The notes below the pieces were generated by a model. The model did no database searches and was not told where the DNA came from. It saw only the letters and a program-made list of their open reading frames with translations. 44,062 nucleotides of DNA, from the IMG/VR virus record IMGVR_UViG_3300045988_030948, positions 1 to 44,062 of that record; one strand, given 5' to 3'. A program made the position numbers and the translations under genes. The stretch comes from a virus. How positions within the stretch are numbered: position 1 is the first letter of the stretch; every line of letters begins with the position of its first letter. Of the stretch, positions 7,876 to 15,640 are shown in pieces.

Positions 7876-8733
7876 ATGTGTATGGGAGCGATAAACGGAC
7901 GGGTTATTTATAGCCCAAAGGGTAAAGCCGGGGAATATGCCGAGAATGCCGCCAACTTTTACGTTGGTTGTTCAAACGATTGTACGTACTGTTATTTGCG
8001 CAAAGGTCGTGGCGCAAAAGTGTTGGGAGGCAATCGCCCGGAGTTGAAAAAGACGTTGCGGGAATACCCGTATGCGTTGGATATATTCACGAACGAATTA
8101 TTGAAGCATAAGGACGAATTGCAGAAAACCGGGTTGTTCTTTTCATTCACGACCGACCCGTTGTTGCCGGAAACGCAAAGGTTGACCCGCCAAGCGGTCG
8201 GCGTTTGCCAACGTAACGGCGTCCCGGTTAAGATATTGAGCAAATGCGCCGAGGGGATAAACGTATTTATCGACTTTGCCGAGGCGTCCGAGGGTTGGGA
8301 CGTGTCCCGCATTGCCATTGGTTCGACGTTGACCGGGTGCGACGAATTAGAACCCAACGCAAGCCCAAACAAGATGCGTATAAACGCATTGGCACGGGCG
8401 AAACGCCACGGGTTCCGCACCTTTGCAAGCGTGGAGCCAATCCCGCCGGGTATGTTTGACCGGGCGTTTGCCGTAATTGCTTTGTCGTATCCGTTCGTTG
8501 ACCTTTTCAAAATCGGATTGCAAAGCGGTTGCAGATATACCAAACGGGATACGTTGGCATTCTATCAAACCGTAACGGAATATTGGGAGGCGCACCCAAA
8601 GAGTACGCCCCGAATATATTGGAAAGATAGTTTTGTAAAGGCGTCCGGGATTGAACGGGAATTGTTGCCCGTCCATTGCGTCCCAGCAAATTGGGATTTG
8701 TTTAACGAAAACAGGAACGAAAATGCAGTTTAA
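7876..8733 (+). CDS. radical SAM protein, SplB/COG1533 (DNA repair photolyase)-like
   Basis: CX3CX2C cluster in NFYVGCSNDCTYCYLRKG, followed by SFTTDPLLPE (compare TDPYQP in COG1533 proteins). Confidence 0.75.
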   Translation: MCMGAINGRVIYSPKGKAGEYAENAANFYVGCSNDCTYCYLRKGRGAKVLGGNRPELKKTLREYPYALDIFTNELLKHKDELQKTGLFFSFTTDPLLPETQRLTRQAVGVCQRNGVPVKILSKCAEGINVFIDFAEASEGWDVSRIAIGSTLTGCDELEPNASPNKMRINALARAKRHGFRTFASVEPIPPGMFDRAFAVIALSYPFVDLFKIGLQSGCRYTKRDTLAFYQTVTEYWEAHPKSTPRIYWKDSFVKASGIERELLPVHCVPANWDLFNENRNENAV

Positions 8734-9235
8734 TAGTAAAGATTATAACCCCGCCCAACACGACCGTTGGCGGGCGTTAACCGTAAAAAATCCGTATGCA
8801 ACACAGTTGGTAACGGCGGCGTTTGAGGACAACGGGATTATTTACGCCGAAAAGTCGATTGAGGTACGAAGCAAAAACACGACGTACCGGGGCGACCTTT
8901 TAATTTGTTCGTCCAAAAACCCGGATTTGCCCGGATATGAAAACGGCGTTACGTTGGGATTGGTCGAATTATACGATATTAAGCCCGTCGCCGATTTTAC
9001 CCCGTATGATTGGGAGCAAACCCGGATACCCCCGGAAAAGCGCAAGGCGATAACAAAGGGGTACGGGTGGTTGATGCGGAACCCCCGCCGGGTTATCGAA
9101 TTTCCCGTTAAGGGGCAATTGGGGATTTACAATTTGGTTTATACCAAAGATTGCATATTGCCGTACCCCGTGGCAATGGTTATGGATAAAGAGGGTTACG
9201 AATTAGCAAACAGAAAGGAGGCAAACAATGAGTAA
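8723..9235 (+). CDS. ASCH (PUA-like) domain protein
   Basis: ALTVKNPYATQLV...KSIEVRSKNTTYRGDLLICSS matches the ASCH pattern (xIkqPWAxxI...KxxExRxxxxxyrGxllI). I chose the internal ATG of ORF 8651..9235, which overlaps the upstream gene by 11 nt. Confidence 0.65.
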   Translation: MQFNSKDYNPAQHDRWRALTVKNPYATQLVTAAFEDNGIIYAEKSIEVRSKNTTYRGDLLICSSKNPDLPGYENGVTLGLVELYDIKPVADFTPYDWEQTRIPPEKRKAITKGYGWLMRNPRRVIEFPVKGQLGIYNLVYTKDCILPYPVAMVMDKEGYELANRKEANNE

Positions 9236-9452
9236 GGACAAACACACCGCCCAAATAGGCGGACACGTTGGACGGGTTGGCGTCTATTTGTACGCCCGTG
9301 AATATTGGAAATACAAAAGTTGGTTTATTGTTCCCGGCGTGTCCGTCGATGCGGTCAACGGTTACGACCGTTACGTTGACGTTGAATTGAAATTGTTGTT
9401 TATTGGCGTGGGTATCCGGTTTATTTGGATAAAACGCAAAAATAAAAGATAA
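9228..9452 (+). CDS. hypothetical protein (74 aa), hydrophobic C-terminal half
   Basis: AAGGAGG lies 6 nt upstream. Ends in KNKR just before P2, mirroring the ORF 26..223 / P1 arrangement. Confidence 0.55.
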   Translation: MSKDKHTAQIGGHVGRVGVYLYAREYWKYKSWFIVPGVSVDAVNGYDRYVDVELKLLFIGVGIRFIWIKRKNKR

Positions 9453-9456
9453 TTTC

Positions 9457-9487
9457 TTTGGTGGTTAAAATAATGTTTGTATCTTTG
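9457..9487 (+). promoter_or_regulatory. Bacteroidota-type promoter P2 (-33 TTTG, -7 TAtcTTTG)
   Basis: TTTG at 9457-9460 and TATCTTTG at 9480-9487, with an exact 19-nt spacer. It is followed by TGGCATGAGATAACA, as at P1. Confidence 0.75.
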
Positions 9488-9505
9488 TGGCATGAGATAA
9501 CAACG

Positions 9506-9523
9506 ACCCGGCGTTTTCCGGGT
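9506..9523 (+). promoter_or_regulatory. leader stem-loop downstream of P2 (ACCCGG-CGTTTT-CCGGGT)
   Basis: 6-bp stem. The 28-nt block aacaacgacccggcgttttccgggtaac is repeated exactly at 36307-36334. Confidence 0.6.
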
Positions 9524-9545
9524 AACTAAATAACACAATAAAGTT

Positions 9546-9749
9546 ATGAAAGCAAAGAAAATTTCAATTTCGGATTTTAGTTTTATGCCAAGCGGTTACG
9601 GACATTACAAAGTAACTTACACGTCCCCCGTTACCGGTAAAAGTTGGACGACGGTAACAAGTGATATGCCGCTAATTGATGCAACTAAAAACGCAGATGA
9701 ACCGAAACGTTGCGATTTGGAAAGATTGAAAAGAGTTGTTAAGAGATAG
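9546..9749 (+). CDS. hypothetical protein (67 aa)
   Basis: First ORF after P2. Contains a PSGYGHYKVTYTSPVTGK motif. No function known to me. Confidence 0.55.
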   Translation: MKAKKISISDFSFMPSGYGHYKVTYTSPVTGKSWTTVTSDMPLIDATKNADEPKRCDLERLKRVVKR

Positions 9750-9759
9750 TTTATAACCG

Positions 9760-9778
9760 CCGGGGGTTCGCCCCCCGG
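9760..9778 (+). terminator. intergenic GC hairpin with UUCG tetraloop
   Basis: CCGGGGG-TTCG-CCCCC(c)GG, with one bulged C. Confidence 0.5.
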
Positions 9779-9791
9779 TATAACAATTTTA

Positions 9792-9980
9792 ATGATGGAA
9801 CAAAGAACGGAAACAATAAGCAGTACAACGGCGGGTATGTTGCAAATCAACGCCCCCGATTTTGATTGCGAGATAATCGAATTGGGAATTGCGGGCGGAG
9901 GCAAAGCACGCATAACCGTTCGGGGGACTTCTGAAAATTTAGCCGCATTATTCGATTATGTAAACGAGGCGGCGGAATGA
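9792..9980 (+). CDS. hypothetical protein (62 aa)
   Basis: The ORF is coupled to the next gene by an ATGA overlap at 9977-9980. Confidence 0.5.
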   Translation: MMEQRTETISSTTAGMLQINAPDFDCEIIELGIAGGGKARITVRGTSENLAALFDYVNEAAE

Positions 9981-10336
9981 GAGTAAAGCAACCGGAACAA
10001 TTCAATCCGGAACGGGAATACAAACCCGGCGAACGTTGCGTTTATCGGGGAATGGTTTTAATTGCCGAGGTATGGACGGCGGCGGATGCGAGATTGGCAA
10101 ACAACACCCCCGCAATATTTACCCAACGTTGCGTCCGGTGCAAAATCAAACGGGACGATTGCCCCGGTATCGGTCGCCAATGCGACAAATTCCACAGGTC
10201 GGACAAACGAACGATTTATTGGCGTCTGTTAAGGATTGCCGGGGGATTTAAAGGGGCGGAAACATTGGAATTTAATTATAACGGAACAATTGCCGGGGTT
10301 AAGGTTGAAGCCGCCCCGGATAGTAATAACGAATAA
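9977..10336 (+). CDS. hypothetical Cys-rich protein (119 aa)
   Basis: Clean ORF containing CVRCKIKRDDCPGIGRQC. No family recognised. Confidence 0.5.
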   Translation: MRVKQPEQFNPEREYKPGERCVYRGMVLIAEVWTAADARLANNTPAIFTQRCVRCKIKRDDCPGIGRQCDKFHRSDKRTIYWRLLRIAGGFKGAETLEFNYNGTIAGVKVEAAPDSNNE

Positions 10337-10348
10337 AATTTTAGAGCG

Positions 10349-11383
10349 ATGAACAAAATGAATTTATCCCCCTTTGATTGCGATATGTGCGCAATGATTG
10401 AGGACTTAACAAAAACGGCGGTTGAGATTGAAACAACCCCGGAAAATATCCATTTGAGTTGGGAGCAATCCCCGTGCGATAAAACAACCCCGGAGGGTCA
10501 AAAAGCCACGGCGATACAACAAGCCGTTAACGGTCGATTAGGAAACCGGGCGTTAATGTGGGAATATAAGGACGGACGGCAAAACGTTTGGTTTGCATCC
10601 GACCCGACCGAATACCCGGAGGAACAACGGGATTTTTCGGTTGCTATTGACCCCAAAGCCGGACAACGTTATTGTCGTACCTTACAGGAAGTAACCGCAA
10701 TACAAGTTGACCGGGAAAAGTTGGAGGAATTGAAAGCGTTTACGGGCGGCGGTATGCTAACAATCCCACGGGAACTAAACGCCCGTGCAATATACACGTT
10801 TCCCAACGGTAACGGTATGTTGGTAGATGTGCCGGAAACCTTTTTTATCATCCGGGACGACGCCAACGATTTTACCACGATGCACCCCAAAGAGTTTACC
10901 CGATTGTATGAACCCAAAGGAATACAAACCGTTGGAAATTATGACGGATTACCCGCCCGCCCGTCGATTACTGAAATTGTCGATTTGTTCAATGAGTTGT
11001 TCGGAACCAATATTGCGTCCCGTTGCCGAAAAATTGAGGAAGAGTTTAACGAGTACAAAGGAGCGGTAAAACACGCAATGCCAACATTCGACGACCCCGG
11101 ACGTATGAACACCGTAATTGATGAATTGGCAGACCTTAACGCAGTTGTATTTCATTCCGCCGCAATATTAGGCATACCACAACGGGAATTGTTGGAAATG
11201 GCATACGACAAAGTAAAAGGACGCCAAACAAACCCAATGTATAAACGTGCTTATAATTGCGGACATTGCCGCAACTATATGAATGAGGATGCCGACGGCA
11301 ACGGGCATTGTTCCGTGCATAAATGGGGGATAACCTATTTTTCCCCGGTAAACGAATGTACAGATTTCAAACCATTAAAATAA
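10349..11383 (+). CDS. MazG-like nucleotide pyrophosphohydrolase domain fused to an unknown N-terminal domain and a Cys-rich tail
   Basis: 344 aa. aa ~205-300 carry KIEEEFNEY ... IDELADL ... YDKVKGR (the EExxE/ExxD pattern of all-alpha NTP-PPases). The C-terminus has CGHCRNY...GHCSVHKW...C. Confidence 0.65.
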   Translation: MNKMNLSPFDCDMCAMIEDLTKTAVEIETTPENIHLSWEQSPCDKTTPEGQKATAIQQAVNGRLGNRALMWEYKDGRQNVWFASDPTEYPEEQRDFSVAIDPKAGQRYCRTLQEVTAIQVDREKLEELKAFTGGGMLTIPRELNARAIYTFPNGNGMLVDVPETFFIIRDDANDFTTMHPKEFTRLYEPKGIQTVGNYDGLPARPSITEIVDLFNELFGTNIASRCRKIEEEFNEYKGAVKHAMPTFDDPGRMNTVIDELADLNAVVFHSAAILGIPQRELLEMAYDKVKGRQTNPMYKRAYNCGHCRNYMNEDADGNGHCSVHKWGITYFSPVNECTDFKPLK

Positions 11384-11392
11384 TTTAGAGCG

Positions 11393-11830
11393 ATGAACAA
11401 AGAAAAGAGTTTTGCAAAGGAATTGGCGGAATTGATTAACCGCCACAGTATCGACGCCAAATTTGAAACGGCGGACGACATTTTGGCAACCGTGGCGATT
11501 GATGCGTTGAATGCATACGCCAAAGCCAAACAGACACAGGAACGCAGAAACAACCCGGAAACCGACGATTGCGATTGTCCGGCGTGTCAAATACGCCGAG
11601 CGTTGGAGGCAAAGAGAGCCGCCCGCCCGGAACCCGCCAAAAAGGAATACAGGAAACCGGAGGCGTTCGACGTTCCAAAGGAGGTGCAAGCAATGGCGGA
11701 ATTTTTCGGCGAAATGTTCCCCGGAACAACGGTTGAAATACACCGGGTCGAAATGCCACGACGTAACCCACGGGATAAACGCAGAGCGAAAAACAAACGC
11801 AATGGAGGGCGTCGAAATGAAACCCGTTGA
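11393..11830 (+). CDS. hypothetical protein with basic C-terminus (145 aa)
   Basis: The start lies in the conserved TTTAGAGCGATGAAC context. Has a CDCPAC motif and an Arg/Lys-rich tail. Confidence 0.55.
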   Translation: MNKEKSFAKELAELINRHSIDAKFETADDILATVAIDALNAYAKAKQTQERRNNPETDDCDCPACQIRRALEAKRAARPEPAKKEYRKPEAFDVPKEVQAMAEFFGEMFPGTTVEIHRVEMPRRNPRDKRRAKNKRNGGRRNETR

Positions 11831-12056
11831 TTTTCCCGGCACGAATGTAGTATTTGCCAAAGAGCAACCGGAATATATACCATTGCCCGCAATGAGAATA
11901 CCGGACGACCCGCAAGGGCTAATAATAACAAAGTGGGAATTATCCCCGGACGAATTGAAGCGGGTACAGGAAACCGGAACAATTCATTTATCCGTACTAA
12001 CGTTTAATCAGCCATTGCAACCCGTGTTACTGACGGTCGATTTACCGACCAAATAA
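11817..12056 (+). CDS. hypothetical protein (79 aa)
   Basis: MKPVDFPGTNVVFAKEQPEYIPLPA... I chose an internal ATG of track ORF 11511..12056. The ATG at 11802 is an alternative. Last gene before the terminator. Confidence 0.5.
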   Translation: MKPVDFPGTNVVFAKEQPEYIPLPAMRIPDDPQGLIITKWELSPDELKRVQETGTIHLSVLTFNQPLQPVLLTVDLPTK

Positions 12057-12063
12057 GAGAGCG

Positions 12064-12094
12064 CAAGCCCCGGAAAACAAAGCCGGGGTTTTGC
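12064..12094 (+). terminator. intrinsic terminator closing the early/replication region
   Basis: CCCCGG-aaaacaaag-CCGGGG stem, followed by TTTT. Confidence 0.65.
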
Positions 12095-12099
12095 TGTTT

Positions 12100-12403
12100 A
12101 TATACATGAGAGGACAAACAATTGGCAATGTGTCGGAAAAGCCGTAAATTTGTCCTGTGGTTAACGATTAACCATTGAGATATACAAAGTATTGGAGTAA
12201 TAACAAAAGCCTCTTAAAATGTAAATTCCCCGCAAATAACTTGTAAAGGGTAAACACGTTTTAAGGAGGGCGGGGGACAAAAGAACACAGAGAGCCGGAA
12301 AGCCGAAAACGTCAAAGGGGACAAAAGAACCAAAGGACGCAAAAGGCATAAAGCGCAAAGGGTTAATCTATACCCCGTTTTAACATTAAAGGAGGTTTAA
12401 CAA
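12100..12403. other. non-coding region upstream of terS; candidate packaging (pac/cos) recognition region
   Basis: About 300 nt with no plausible + ORF. GGGGACAAAAGAAC is repeated exactly at 12273-12286 and 12317-12330. Further GGACAAA/TTTGTCC copies lie near 12111-12119 and 12149-12155. A T-poor purine-rich tract spans about 12255-12365. Confidence 0.4.
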
Positions 12404-13090
12404 ATGGAAAAACAGGAACGAGGCAGAAAGTTAAAACGTAAGCCGTTAGGGTACAATAAACGCACCGAGGAACAACGAATTTATGACGTTGCGTTTTGTT
12501 CTAACCTTTTCTTACGTGGTTATTCATATCGGGAAATTGCCGACGCATTGAACCGGGATTTAGAAAAAAGGGGGGCGGGTTATACTATCACGCACCCAAT
12601 GGTATATTATGATTTGCAACAATGCCTTATTGAATGGAAGCGGGAACGATTGGATACAATCGACGAATACGTTATACAGGAATTGCGCAAGTTGGATAAA
12701 ATGGAGCAACAAGCGTGGGAGGCATGGGAGGTATCAAAAACCGGAAAGCAACGCACCAAAGAGAAAACCAACCGGGGGCGTCCTATCAAAACGGATGCAA
12801 CCGAGGGCGACCCGGAATATTACGGGTACGACGAAACCACGGTTGAAACGTCGGCGGGCAATCCCCGCTTTTTGGATTTATTGTTGAACATTCAGCAACG
12901 ACGGGCAAAAATGTTAGGGTTCGACGCCCCGGTTAAAATTGAGATACCCGGATACAATGCCGGAACCGAGGACGACAAACCCAAATACGACGCAACCGTT
13001 ATTCCAAAGGATTTGTTGTTTGCCGTTGCCGACAAATTGCAGTCCGCCGAGTATGCAAAGGTTATGGCAGAGAAAGGAGGGGCGCAATAA
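12404..13090 (+). CDS. terS: terminase small subunit (putative)
   Basis: 228 aa. N-terminal HTH-like GYSYREIADALN. Lies directly upstream of terL and has a strong AAAGGAGG 8 nt upstream. Confidence 0.6.
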   Translation: MEKQERGRKLKRKPLGYNKRTEEQRIYDVAFCSNLFLRGYSYREIADALNRDLEKRGAGYTITHPMVYYDLQQCLIEWKRERLDTIDEYVIQELRKLDKMEQQAWEAWEVSKTGKQRTKEKTNRGRPIKTDATEGDPEYYGYDETTVETSAGNPRFLDLLLNIQQRRAKMLGFDAPVKIEIPGYNAGTEDDKPKYDATVIPKDLLFAVADKLQSAEYAKVMAEKGGAQ

Positions 13091-13317
13091 TGGCAAAGAG
13101 AACCGCACCCGCAACCCGTCCGGGACAAAAGCAACCGGAATGGACGAAACATATTTGCGACGACTGTAAACACGCCCGTTGGGTCGAAACGCACCAAAAT
13201 AAGGATTGGGAGGGGAAATATATTTGCCTTACGTGTCCGTTTGAACAATGGTATATAATCCGAGGGCGTCAAGCGTGCGCAAAGTTTGAACCAAAAGCAA
13301 AGGAGGGGCAACAATGA
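13090..13317 (+). CDS. small Cys-rich protein between terS and terL (75 aa)
   Basis: CDDC...CLTC. Coupled to both neighbours by overlaps (TAATG at the start, ATGA at the end). AAGGAGG lies upstream. Confidence 0.55.
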   Translation: MAKRTAPATRPGQKQPEWTKHICDDCKHARWVETHQNKDWEGKYICLTCPFEQWYIIRGRQACAKFEPKAKEGQQ

Positions 13318-14867
13318 CAAACGACGAAATGTTGGCAATGTATAAAGCCATAAGCGAGAACCCCGGCGAAATAGTCAAAGTAGCCGCCCGCAATCGGTTA
13401 ATCAACTTTTCCCGGTATATGCAACCCGATTTGGTATTGGAGCCGTTCCACGTCGTTTATTATACGTTGTTGGATATGTTCGCACACGGGTTAATACGTA
13501 AAATGATTGTTCAGCAACCCCCGCAACATGGCAAATCGGAGGGGTCAAGCCGTAAATTACCCGCATTTATGGAGGGGTTAAACCCGGACTTAAAAATTGT
13601 CATTGGGTCGTATGCGGCGACAATCGCACGGGATTTCAACCGGGACGTACAACGAATAATCGACACGCCCCGGTATCGTGAATTGTTTCCCGGTACATAC
13701 CTTAACGGGTCGAACGTCGTAACAATGGCGAATACCTATTTGCGCAATTCCGATGTTATCGAAATGGTCGGGCGTAAGGGGTCGTTGCGTGTGGTTGGTC
13801 GTGGCGGTTCGCTTACGTCTAAAACCGTGGACGTGTCGATATTGGACGACGTGTATAAGGATTACGCCGAGGGTAACAGCCCGATAGTAAGGGCGGCGGC
13901 GTGGAAATGGTACACGACCGTTGTACGTACCCGTTTGCATAACAATTCGCAAGAATTGATTGTATTTACCCGTTGGCACGACGACGATTTGATTGGACGT
14001 ATTGAGAAAAGCGGGGAAATAATCATTGATATAACGTGTTGGGCGGACTTGCAAAATATACCCCCCGGCGCATGGGTTCGCATAAACTTTGAGGCAATCA
14101 AAACAGGGGAACCGACCGAGATAGACCCACGGGAACCGGGGGCGGCTTTATGGGAGGGGCGACACAGTAAGTTAAAATTGGAGGGGCAAAAGGCATTAGA
14201 CCCGGTACAATTCCAATGCTTATATCAAGGCAACCCCGGAAGTGCCGAGGGTCGATTGTATCAGCCTTTCAAAACGTGGGTTGAAAAATCCGATTACGGC
14301 ACGTACATTCGTTCCGGTGCATACATTGACGTTGCCGATGAGGGCGACGACCTTTTGTTTGCCGCAACGTATGACGTGTACAAATCGCCTAATCTGTTTT
14401 TCAATGAACAAACAAAGCGTATGGAGCCGATATTGTATGCGCTTATTACCGATATGGAAATGACGGACGAAAACACGGACGTAACGACCGTAACCGTCCC
14501 GGCAATGATAAACAGGAACAGCACGCAAAAAGTATGGGTTGAGAGTAACAACGGCGGTGCGGGTTACGAAAAGGTTATTAAAAAGAAAGTCCGGGCAATG
14601 ACAGACCCGTTTTATCAAGGCGGTAATAAAGAAAGCCGTATAATTACGTCGTCCGCAATGGTTAACCAATGTATTATTATGCCGTTCGGTTGGGAAACGA
14701 GGTACAAAGCAATATACGACCATGTAACCGGATTTTTGCGCAAGTTTGATGCAAATACGCACGACGACCCGGAGGATGGATTGACAGGCATATACGAAAA
14801 AGAGATTGCCGACGGTAATATACAGCCATACGGACACGCAAGCAGGGGAGTTAAACGACGCAATTAG
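13314..14867 (+). CDS. terL: terminase large subunit
   Basis: 517 aa. Walker A-like QQPPQHGKSE and Walker B-like VSILDDVYKD, with an acidic nuclease-half motif downstream. Size and position are typical. Confidence 0.85.
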   Translation: MTNDEMLAMYKAISENPGEIVKVAARNRLINFSRYMQPDLVLEPFHVVYYTLLDMFAHGLIRKMIVQQPPQHGKSEGSSRKLPAFMEGLNPDLKIVIGSYAATIARDFNRDVQRIIDTPRYRELFPGTYLNGSNVVTMANTYLRNSDVIEMVGRKGSLRVVGRGGSLTSKTVDVSILDDVYKDYAEGNSPIVRAAAWKWYTTVVRTRLHNNSQELIVFTRWHDDDLIGRIEKSGEIIIDITCWADLQNIPPGAWVRINFEAIKTGEPTEIDPREPGAALWEGRHSKLKLEGQKALDPVQFQCLYQGNPGSAEGRLYQPFKTWVEKSDYGTYIRSGAYIDVADEGDDLLFAATYDVYKSPNLFFNEQTKRMEPILYALITDMEMTDENTDVTTVTVPAMINRNSTQKVWVESNNGGAGYEKVIKKKVRAMTDPFYQGGNKESRIITSSAMVNQCIIMPFGWETRYKAIYDHVTGFLRKFDANTHDDPEDGLTGIYEKEIADGNIQPYGHASRGVKRRN

Positions 14868-14938
14868 CATTATTTTTGAGATACACAACAGTAAACGGAA
14901 AAAAGTTTCTAACTTTGTACCGTAGAAGTTTACAGAAC

Positions 14939-14959
14939 AACGGCAAAGGGTTAGCCGTT
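14939..14959 (+). promoter_or_regulatory. stem-loop with AAAGGGUUA loop (late-gene motif, copy 1)
   Basis: AACGGC-AAAGGGTTA-GCCGTT, 40 nt upstream of the ATG at 14999. Confidence 0.6.
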
Positions 14960-14998
14960 ATATAACAAAATGAGTTTTAACGTTAAAAATTAAAGAGT

Positions 14999-15640
14999 AT
15001 GATTTGTAAGTGTCCAGCGGCGGCGGCTTTGCCCGATGTACCCGCCATTACTTGCGCCGAAAGTTTCGGGCAAATTCAAAAAGTAGCGTTTCAACGTCTG
15101 ACAAAGGCGGACGGAACCAAAAACAGTTTCGCAACGGCGGCGGCAATTACGTTGCTTGCATCATGGACGCCGAAATTGTCGGCGGCGGACGATACCAAAA
15201 TTGTTGTATCGCCATACATTCAAGCCCCAACAGCCGAGGCGGGAGCCGCCCGCACATTTGGAGGCGGTAACGAAACGTTGGGAGGCGTTGAGGAAATAAT
15301 CGGACGTGAACCAACCCCGTTTACCGGAGTTATCCGAAAAGCCCCGCAAGCCGTGATAAAAGCATTGAAAGAAATGCAATGCGAAAGTTGGGGCGAAAAT
15401 TTGGGTATTTTCCTTTTCGACGAAAACGGCGCAATTGGAGCCATTGAGGACGAAACAACGGCGGGTACGTTTTACCCAATTCCGATACGTTCGTTGTTTA
15501 TTGGCGATAAAACGTTGGGCGGATTGGAAGCCCCGGACAACAACGCTATTTCGTGGAACTTTTTGCCTAATTGGTCGGACGATTTGGCGATTGTTGTACC
15601 GTCGTTTAATCCGTTGACTGACTTAAAAGTTGCCCCGTAA
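14999..15640 (+). CDS. putative virion structural protein (213 aa)
   Basis: Clean ORF with its own 131-nt upstream spacer. Gly/Ala-rich and beta-rich in character. Lies between terL and the portal gene. Function not recognised. Confidence 0.5.
   Translation: MICKCPAAAALPDVPAITCAESFGQIQKVAFQRLTKADGTKNSFATAAAITLLASWTPKLSAADDTKIVVSPYIQAPTAEAGAARTFGGGNETLGGVEEIIGREPTPFTGVIRKAPQAVIKALKEMQCESWGENLGIFLFDENGAIGAIEDETTAGTFYPIPIRSLFIGDKTLGGLEAPDNNAISWNFLPNWSDDLAIVVPSFNPLTDLKVAP

Noticed and set aside
12161-12358. 65-aa minus-strand ORF inside the terS-upstream spacer
   Set aside because: It is Phe/Pro/Leu-rich, which simply reflects the complement of the purine-rich tract. It has no RBS or promoter context. 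The region is better explained as a packaging or regulatory region.
14875-14917. Bacteroidota-type promoter upstream of 14999 (TTTG at 14875, TAacTTTG at 14910), and a similar half-site at 12145-12152 (TAaaTTTG)
   Set aside because: A -7-like box is present, but the -33 TTTG is either 31 nt away or missing, unlike the exact 19-nt spacing of P1-P4. I therefore did not call these as promoters, and late transcription probably uses another signal.
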